From: the human T2T-CHM13v2.0 reference genome, Homo sapiens
Length of the DNA: 64,000 bases
Direction: 5' to 3' (one strand)
Assembly: GCF_009914755.1 (NCBI RefSeq)
Contig: NC_060933.1
How positions within the stretch are numbered: position 1 is the first letter of the stretch; each line of letters starts with the position of its first letter. The notes beneath the pieces are model-generated. The model had not been told where the DNA came from, did not search any database, and worked only from the letters and a program-made list of their open reading frames with translations. This document shows, piece by piece, positions 55,110 through 64,000 of the stretch. A program made the position numbers and the translations under genes.

Positions 55110-58100
55110 GGATTCAACTTGAATGGAATGGAAAGAATGGAATCAACACGAGTGGAATGGCATGCATTGGAATGGAATGGAATGGAATCAACCCGAGTAC
55201 AGGGGAATGGAATGGAATGGAATGCAATGGAATGGAATCATCCGTAATGGAATGGAAAGGAATGGAATGGAATGGAATGGAATGGAATGGAATGGAATCA
55301 ACTCGATTGCAGTCGAATGGAATGGAATGGAATTAACCCGAATAGAATGGAATGGAATGGAATGGAACAGAACGGAACGGAACGGAACGGAATGGAATGG
55401 AATGGAATGGAATGGAATGGAACGGAAAGGAATGGAATGGAATGGAATGGAATGGAATGGAACGGAATGGAATGGAATGGAATCAACGCGAGTGCAGGGG
55501 AATGGAATGGAATGGAATGCAATGGAATGGAATCTTCCGGAATGGAATGGAATGGAATGGAATGGAATGGAATGGAATGGAATAAACCCGAGTGCAATGG
55601 AATGGAGTGGAATGGAATGGAATGGAATGGAACAACCCGAATGGAATGGAATGTAATGGAGAGTAAGGGAGTTGAATAGAATCAATCCGAATGTAATGGA
55701 ATGGAATGGAAAGGAATCGAGTTGAATGGAATGGAATGGAATGCAATGTAATGGAATCAACCCGAGTGCAATGGAATGGAGAGGAATGGAATGGAATGGA
55801 ATGGAAACTACCCGAATGGAATGGAATGTAATGGAGTGTAAGGGAATTGAATAGAATCGATCCGAATGTAATGGAATGGAATGGAACGGAACGGAATGGA
55901 ATGGAATGGAATGGAATGGAATGCAATGGAATGGAATCAACCCGAGTGCAATCGAATGGAATCGAATGAAATGGAATGCAATGGAATGGATTCAACTTGA
56001 ATGGAATGGAAAGAATGGAATCAACACGAGTGGAAGGGCATGGATTGGAATGCAATGGAATGGAATCAACCTGAGTACAGGGGAATGGAATGGAATGGAA
56101 TGCAATGGAATGGAATCATCCGTAATGGAATGGAAAGGAATGGAATGGAATGGAATGGAATGGAATGGAATGGAATGGAATCAACTCGATTTCAATCGAA
56201 TGGAATGGAATGGAATTAACCCAAATAGAATGGAATGGAATGGAATGGAACGGAACGGAATGGAATGGAATGGAATGGAATGGAATGGAATGGAATGGAA
56301 CGGAACGGAACGGAACGGAATGGAATGGAATGGAATGGAATGGAATGGAACGGAACGGAACGGAATGGAATGGAATGGAATGGAATGGAATGGAATGGAA
56401 TGTAATCAACCCGCCTGCAGGGGAATGGAATGGAATGGAATGCAATGGAATGGAATCAACTTGAATGGAATGGAAAGAATGGAATCAACACGAGTGGAAT
56501 GGCATGGATTGGAATGGAATGGAATGGAATGAACCCGAGTACAGGGGAATGGAATGGAATGGAATGCAATGGAATGGAATCATCCGGAATGGAATGGAAT
56601 GGAATGGAATGGAATGGAATGGAATGGAATCAACTCGATTGCAATCGAATGGAATGGAATGGAATTAACCCGAATAGAATGGAATGGAATGGAATGGAAC
56701 GGAACGGAACAGAATGGAATGGAATGGAATGGAATGGAATGGAATGGAATGGAACGGAAAGGAATGGAATGGAATGGAATGGAATGGAATGGAATGGAAT
56801 CAACGCGAGTACAGGGGAATGGAATGGAATGGAATGCAATGGAATGGAATCTTCCGGAATGGAATGGAATGGAATGGAATGGAATGGAATGGAATAAACC
56901 CGAGTGCAATGGAATGGACTGGAATGGAATGGAATGGAATGGAACAGCCCGAATGGAATGGAATGTAATGGAGAGTAAGGGAGTTGAATAGAATCAATCC
57001 GAATGTAATGGAATGGAATGGAACGGAATGGAATTGAATGGAATGGAATGGAATGCAATGGAATGGAATCAACCCGAGTGCAATGGAATGGAGAGGAATG
57101 GAATGGAATGGAATGGAAACTACCCGAATGGAATGGAATGTAATGGAGTGTAAGGGAATTGAATAGAATCAATCCGAATGTAATGGAATGGAATGGAATG
57201 GAATGGAATGCAATGGAATGGAATCAACCCGAGTGCAATCGAATGGAATCGAATGGAATGGAATGCAATGGAATGGATTCAACTTGAATGGAATGGAAAG
57301 AATGGAATCAACACGAGTGGAAGGGCATGGATTAGAATGCAATGGAATGGAATCAACCCGAGTACAGGGGAATGGAATGGAATGGAATGCAATGGAATGG
57401 AATCAACACGATTGCAATCGAATGGAATGGAATGGAATTAACCCGAATAGAATGGAATGGAATGGAATGGAAGGGAACGGAATTGAATGGAATGGAATCA
57501 ACCCGAGTGCAGGGGAATGGAATGGAATGGAATGCAATGGAATGGAATCATCCGGAATGGAATGGAATGGAATGGAATGCAAAGCAATGGAATCAACTCG
57601 ATTGCAATGGAATGGAATTGAATGGAAAGGAATACATTGGAATCAACCCGAGTGGAATGGAATGGAAAGGACTGGAATGGAGTGGAATGTAATGGAATGG
57701 AATGGAATGGAATCAACTCGTTTGGAATGGAATGGAATGGAATGGAATGGAATGGAATTAACCCGAATAGAATGGAATGGAATGGAATGGAACGGAACGG
57801 AACGAAATGGAATGGAATGGAATGGAATGGAATGGAATGGAATGGAATCAACCCGACTGCAGGGGAATGGAATGGAATGGAATGCAATGGAATGGATTCA
57901 ACTTGAATGGAATGGAAAGAATGGAATCAACACGAGTGGAATGGCATGGATTGGAATGGAATGGAATGGAATCAACCCGAGTACAGGGGAATGGAATGGA
58001 ATGGAATGCAATGGAATGGAATCATCCGTAATGGAATGGAAAGGAATGGAATGGAATGGAATGGAATGGAATGGAATCAACTCGATTGCAGTCGAATGGA

Positions 58101-59200
58101 ATGGAATGGAATTAACCCGAATAGAATGGAATGGAATGGAATGGAACGGAACGGAACGGAACGGAACGGAATGGAATGGAATGGAATGGAATGGAACGGA
58201 ATGGAATGGAATGGAACGGAAAGGAATGGAATGGAATGGAATGGAATGGAATGGAATGGAATGGAATCAACGCGAGTGCAGGGGAATGGAATGGAATGGA
58301 ATGGAATTGAATGGAATGGAATCAACGCGAGTGCAGGGGAATGGAATGGAATGGAATGCAATGGAATGGAATCTTCCTGAATGGAATGGAATGGAATGGA
58401 ATGGAATGGAATGGAATGGAATAAACCCGAGTGCAATGGAATGGAGTGGAATGGAATGGAATGGAATGGAACAACCCGAATGGAATTGAATGTAATGGAG
58501 AGTAAGGGAGTTGAATAGAATCAATCCGAATGTAATGGAATGGAATGGAAAGGAATCGAGTTGAATGGAATGGAATGGAATGCAATGGAATGGAATCAAC
58601 CCGAGTGCAATGGAATGGAGAGGAATGGAATGGAATGGAATGGAAACTACCCGAATGGAATGGAATGTAATGGAGTGTAAGGGAATTGAATAGAATCAAT
58701 CCGAATGTAATGGAATGGAATGGAACGGAATGGAATGGAATGGAATGGAATGGAATGGAATGGAATGCAATGGAATGGAATCAACCCGAGTGCAATCGAA
58801 TGGAATCGAATGGAATGGAATGCAATGGAATGGATTCAACTTGAATGGAATGGAAAGAATGGAATCAACACGAGTGGAAGGGCATGGATTGGAATGCAAT
58901 GGAATGGAATCAACCTGAGTACAGGGGAATGGAATGGAATGGAATGCAATGGAATGGAATCATCCGTAATGGAATGGAAAGGAATGGAATGGAATGGAAT
59001 GGAATGGAATGGAATGGAATGGAATCAACTCGATTGCAATCGAATGGAATGGAATGGAATTAACCCAAATAGAATGGAATGGAATGGAATGGAACGGAAC
59101 GGAATGGAATGGAATGGAATGGAATGGAATGGAATGGAATGGAACGGAACGGAACGGAATGGAATGGAATGGAATGGAATGGAATGGAATGGAATCAACG
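55110..59200 (+). repeat. ~1.3-kb segment repeated at ~2.8-kb offset (55110-56400 and 57895-59200)
   Basis: Paired markers: GCAGTCGAAT (55309/58088), AAGGAATCGAGTTGAAT (55711/58550), GAAGGGCATGG...CAACCTGAGTAC (56034/58877) and TAACCCAAATAG (56217/59061). Confidence 0.8.
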
Positions 59201-62200
59201 CGAGTGCAGGGGAATGGAATGGAATGGAATGCAATGGAATGGAATCTTCCGGAATGGAATGGAATGGAATGGAATGGAATGGAATGGAATGGAATCAACC
59301 CGAGTGCAATGGAATGGAGTGGAATGGAATGGAATGGAATGGAACAACCCGAATGGAATGGAATGTAATGGAGAGTAATGGAGTTGAATAGAATCAATCC
59401 GAATGTAATGGAATGGAATGGAACGGAATGGAATTGAATGGAATGGAATGGAATGCAATGGAATGGAATCAACCCGAGTTCAATGGAATGGAGAGGAATG
59501 GAATGGAATGGAATGGAAATTACCCTAATGGAATGTAATGTAATGGAGTGTAAGGGAATTGAATAGAATCAATCCGAATGTAATGGAATGGAATGGAACA
59601 GAATGGAATGGAATGGAATGGAATGGAATGGAATGGAATGCAATGGAATGGAATCACCCCGAGTGCAATCGAATGGAATCGAATGGAATGGAATGCAATG
59701 GAATGGATTCAACTTGAATGGAATGGAAAGAATGGAATCAACACGAGTGGAATGGCATGGATTGGAATGGAATGGAATGGAATCAACCCGAGTACAGGGG
59801 AATGGAATGGAATGGAATGCAATGGAATGGAATCATCCGTAATGGAATGGAAAGGAATGGAATGGAATGGAATGGAATGGAATGGAATGGAATGGAATGG
59901 AATGGAATGGAATCAACCCGAGTGCAGGGGAATGGAATGGAATGCAATGGAATGGAATGGAATGGAATGGAGTGGAATGGAATGGAATCAACCCGAGTGC
60001 AGGGGAATGGAATGGAATGGAATGCAATGGAATGGAATCATCCGGAATGGAATGGAATGGAATGGAATGCAAAGCAATGGAATCAACTCGATTGCAATGG
60101 AATGGAATGGAATAGAAAGGAATACATTGGAATCAACCCGAGTTGAATGGAATGGAAAGGACTGGAATGGAGTGGAATGGAATGGAATGCAATGGAATGG
60201 AATGGAATGGAATCAACTTGATTGGAATGGAATGGAATGGAATGGAATGGAATGGAATGGAATGGAATCAACCCGACTGCAGGGGAATGGAATGGAATGG
60301 AATGCAATGGAATGGATTCAACTTGAATGGAATGGAAAGAATGGAATCAACACGAGTGGAATGGCATGGATTGGAATGGAATGGAATGGAATCAACCCGA
60401 GTACAGGGGAATGGAATGGAATGGAATGCAATGGAATGGAATCATCTGTAATGGAATGGAAAGGAATGGAATGGAATGGAATGGAATGGAATGGAATGGA
60501 ATCAACTCGATTGCAATCGAATGGAATGGAATGGAATTAACCCGAATAGAATGGAATGGAATGGAATGGAACGGAACGGAATGGAATGGAATGGAATGGA
60601 ATGGAATGGAACGGAACGGAATGGAATGGAATGGAATGGAATGGAATGCAATGGAATGGAATCAACCTGAGTGCAATCGAATGGAATCGAATGGAATGGA
60701 ATGCAATGGAATGGATTCAACTTGAATGGAATGGAAAGAATGGAATCAACACGAGTGGAATGACATGGATTGGAATGGAATGGAATGGAATGAACCCGAG
60801 TACAGGGGAATGGAAGGGAATGGAATGCAATGGAATGGAATCATCCGGAATGGAATGGAATGGAATGGAATGGAATGGAATGGAATGGAATGGAATCAAC
60901 TCGATTGCAATCGAATGGAATGGAATGGAATTAACCCGAATAGAATGGAATGGAATGGAATGGAACGGAACGGAACAGAATGGAATGGAATGGAATGGAA
61001 TGGAATGGAATGGAATGGAACGGAAAGGAAAGGAATGGAATGGAATGGAATGGAATGGAATGGAATGGAATGGAATGGAATCAACGCGAGCGCAGGGGAA
61101 TGGAATGGAATGGAATGCAATGGAATGGAATCTTCCGGAATGGAATGGAATGGAATGGAATGGAATGGAATGGAATGGAATGGAATAAACCAGAGTGCAA
61201 TGGAATGGAGTGGAATGGAATGGAATGGAATGGAATGGAACAGCCCGAATGGAATGGAATGTAATGGAGAGTAAGGGAGTTGAATAGAATCAATCCGAAT
61301 GTAATGGAATGGAATGGAACGGAATGGAATTGAATGGAATGGAATGGAATGCAATGGAATGGAATCAACCCGAGTGCAATGGAATGGAGAGGAATGGAAT
61401 GGAATGGAATGGAAACTACCCGAATGGAATGGAATGTAATGGAGTGTAAGGGAATTGAATAGAATCAATCCGAATGGAATGGAATGGAATGGAATGGAAT
61501 GGAATGCAATGGAATGGAATCAACCCGAGTGCAATCGAATGGAATCGAATGGAATGGAATGCAATGGAATGGATTCAACTTGAATGGAATGGAATGAATG
61601 GAATCAACACGAGTGGAAGGGCATGGATTAGAATGCAATGGAATGGAATCAACCCGAGTACAGGGGAATGGAATGGAATGGAATGCAATGGAATGGAATC
61701 AACACGATTGCAATCGAATGGAATGGAATGGAATTAACCCGAATAGAATGGAATGGAATGGAATGGAACGGAACGGAATGGAATGGAATGGAATCAACCC
61801 GAGTGCAGGGGAATGGAATGGAATGGAATGCAATGGAATGGAATCATCCGGAATGGAATGGAATGGAATGGAATGGAAAGCAATGGAATCAACTCGATTG
61901 CAATGGAATGGAATGGAATGGAAAGGAATACATTGGAATCAACCCGAGTGGAATGGAATGGAAAGGACTGGAACGGAGTGGAATGTAATGGAATGGAATG
62001 GAATGGAATCAACTCGATTGGAATGGAATGGAATGGAATGGAATGGAATGGAATTAACCCGAATAGAATGGAATGGAATGGAATGGAACGGAACGGAACG
62101 GAATGGAATGGAATGGAATGGAATGGAATGGAATGGAATGGAATGGAATGGAATGGAATGGAATCAACCCGACTGCAGGGGAATGGAGTGGAATGGAATG

Positions 62201-62270
62201 CAATGGAATGGATTCAACTTGAATGGAATGGAAAGAATGGAATCAACACGAGTGGAATGGCATGGAATGG
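56460..62270 (+). repeat. ~1.5-kb segment repeated at ~4.3-kb offset (56460-57950 and 60720-62270)
   Basis: Paired markers: GAACCCGAGTACAGGGG (56531/60792), ACAGCCCGAAT (56944/61240), GGATTAGAATGC (57329/61625), CAACACGATTGC (57404/61700) and CCCGACTGCAGGGG (57852/62168). Confidence 0.8.
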
Positions 62271-64000
62271 CATGGAATAGAATGGAATCAACCCGATTGC
62301 AATGGAATGGAGTGGAATGGAATGGAATGGAATGGAAACAACCCGAATGGAATGGAATGTAATGGAGAGTAAGGGAATTGAATAGAATCAATACGAATGT
62401 AATGGAATGGAATGGAACGGAATGGAATGCAATGGAATGGAATGGAATGCAATGGAATGGGATCAACCCGAGTGAAATGGAATGGAATCGAAAGGAATGG
62501 AATGGAATGGAATGGTTTCAACCCGAATGAAATGGAAAGGAATGGAATCAACCCGAGTGGAATGGAATGGAATGGAATGGAATGGAATGGAATGGAATGG
62601 GTTCAACTCGAATGGAATGGAAAGGAATGGAATCAACCCGAGTGGAATGGCATGGAATGGAATGGAATGGAATGGAATGGAATGGAAGGGAATGGAATGG
62701 AATGGAATTAACCTGAACAGAATGGAAGGGAATGGAATGGAACGGAACGGAATGGAATGGAATGGAATGGAATGGAATGGAATGGAATGCAATGGAATGG
62801 GATCAACCCGAGTACAGGGGAATGGAATGCAATGGAATGCAATGAAATGGAATCATCCGGAATGGAATGGAATGGAATGGAATGCAATCAATCAACCCGA
62901 GTGCAATAGAATGCAGTGGAATGGAATGGAATGGTATGGAAACTACCCGAATGGAATAGAATGTAATGGAGTGTAAGGGAATTAAAAAGAATCAATCCGA
63001 ATGTAATGGAATTGAATGGAACGGAATGGAATGGAATGGAATGGAATGGAATGGAATGGAATGGAATTAACCCGAATAGAATGAAAAGGAATGGAATGGA
63101 ATGGAATGGAATGGAATGGAATGGAATGGAATGGAACGGAATAGAATGGAATGGAACGAAATGGAATGGAATGAAATGGAATGGAATGGAATGGAATGGA
63201 ATGGAATCAACCCGAGTGCAGGGGAATGGAATGGAATTTAAGGCAATGGAATGGAATCATATGGAATTGAATGGAATGGAATGGAATCAACTCGATTGCA
63301 ATGGAATGGAATGGAATGGAATGGAATGGAATGGAATGGAATGGAATGGAATGGAATTAACCCGAATAGAATGGAATTGAATGGAATGGAATGGATTGGA
63401 AGTAAATGGAATGGAATGTAATGAACCCGAGGGCAGGGGAATGGAATGGAATGGAATGCAATGGAATTGAGTCATCCGGAATGGAACAGAAAGGAATGGA
63501 ATGGAATCAACCCGTGTGCAATGGAATGGAAAGGAATGGAATGGAATGGAATGGAATGGAAAGGATTCAACCCGAATGGAATGGAAAGGAAGGGAATCAA
63601 CCCAAGTGGAATGGCATGGAATGGAATGGAATGGAATGGAATGGAATGGTACCGAATAGAATGGAATGGAACGAAATGGAATAGAATGGAATGGAATGGT
63701 ATGGAAACAACCCGAATGGAATGGAATGAAATGGACTGTAAGGGAATTGAATACAATCAATCCGAATGTAATGGAATGGAATGGAACGGAATGGAATGGA
63801 ATGGAATGGAATGCAGTGGAATGGAATCAAACCTAGTGCAATGGAATGGAATGGAATGGAATGGAATGGAATGGAATGGAATGGATTCAACCCAAATGGA
63901 ATGGAAAGCAATGGAATCAACGTGAGTGGAATGGCATGGAATGGAATGGAACGGAATGGAATGGAATGGAATGGAATGGAATGGAATGGTACGGAATAGA

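Larger units (their letters stand above)
1..64000 (+). repeat. Human satellite III (HSat3) pericentromeric array, (GGAAT)n with interspersed CAACCCGA(G/A)T decamers; G-rich strand on +; probably the chr9q12-type array
   Basis: Every line is dominated by GGAAT pentamers, with hundreds of CAACCCGAGT/CAACTCGATT/CAACGCGAGT/TAACCCGAAT 10-mers in pentamer phase. This is the established definition of satellite 3. HSat2-type CATCATCGAATGGAAATG motifs were not seen. The chromosome assignment is a recollection-based inference and is much less certain than the family call. Confidence 0.98.

Noticed and set aside
6492-61189. AATAAA hexamers on the G-rich strand (e.g. 6492, 8235, 14954, 15808, 18715, 55581, 56893, 58420, 61184)
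   Set aside because: Most arise from a single C>A in GGAATCAAC, and there is no downstream GU/U-rich element. They cannot be supported as poly(A) sites without 3'-end data.
4-63999. Hundreds of ORFs on both strands (poly-MEWNG / poly-IPFHS), up to 433 aa
   Set aside because: The pentamer has no stop codon in any frame and supplies an ATG every 5 bp. ORFs overlap in all frames and have no domain content, so none is called as a CDS.
1-64000. CRISPR-like alternation of conserved CAACCCGAGT words and intervening sequence
   Set aside because: The intervening segments are GGAAT runs of variable length, not unique spacers. There is no leader and no cas gene, and the context is a eukaryotic satellite.
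1-64000. Assignment to HSat2, alpha satellite or Y-chromosome DYZ1
   Set aside because: I saw no HSat2 CATCATCGAATGG-type repeats and no 171-bp alphoid sequence. The 3.4-kb offset near the start is a single local event, not a sustained DYZ1-like period.

Overview
The whole 64-kb window is one uninterrupted block of classical human/great-ape satellite III (HSat3): (GGAAT)n on the + strand, interspersed with the diagnostic decamer CAACCCGA(G/A)T and its variants. I saw no inversion, transposon, RNA gene, CRISPR array or unique sequence. All listed ORFs are artefacts, because (GGAAT)3 encodes MEWNG and (ATTCC)3 encodes IPFHS, with no stop in any frame. From memory (unverified), the recurring cassette AATCAACCCGAGTGCAATCGAATGGAATCG...CCCGAGTAC resembles the chr9q12 SatIII probe pHuR98, so the 9q12 array is the best guess for origin. 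The information lies in nested structure: 5-bp monomers, ~175-179-bp modules, ~0.85-kb and ~1-kb units, ~3-kb units, and a recent near-perfect ~8.2-kb tandem duplication (37967-54365). A compositionally distinct ~1-kb-unit subarray lies at ~17-23.8 kb. The most notable functional hint is that one recurrent variant (GGAAT-CTTCC-GGAAT) is a perfect canonical heat-shock element, present 27 times and absent from 14.9-27.1 kb. In that gap, TonE/NFAT5-consensus matches occur instead. I found no new protein-coding system. All counts and coordinates were read by eye.
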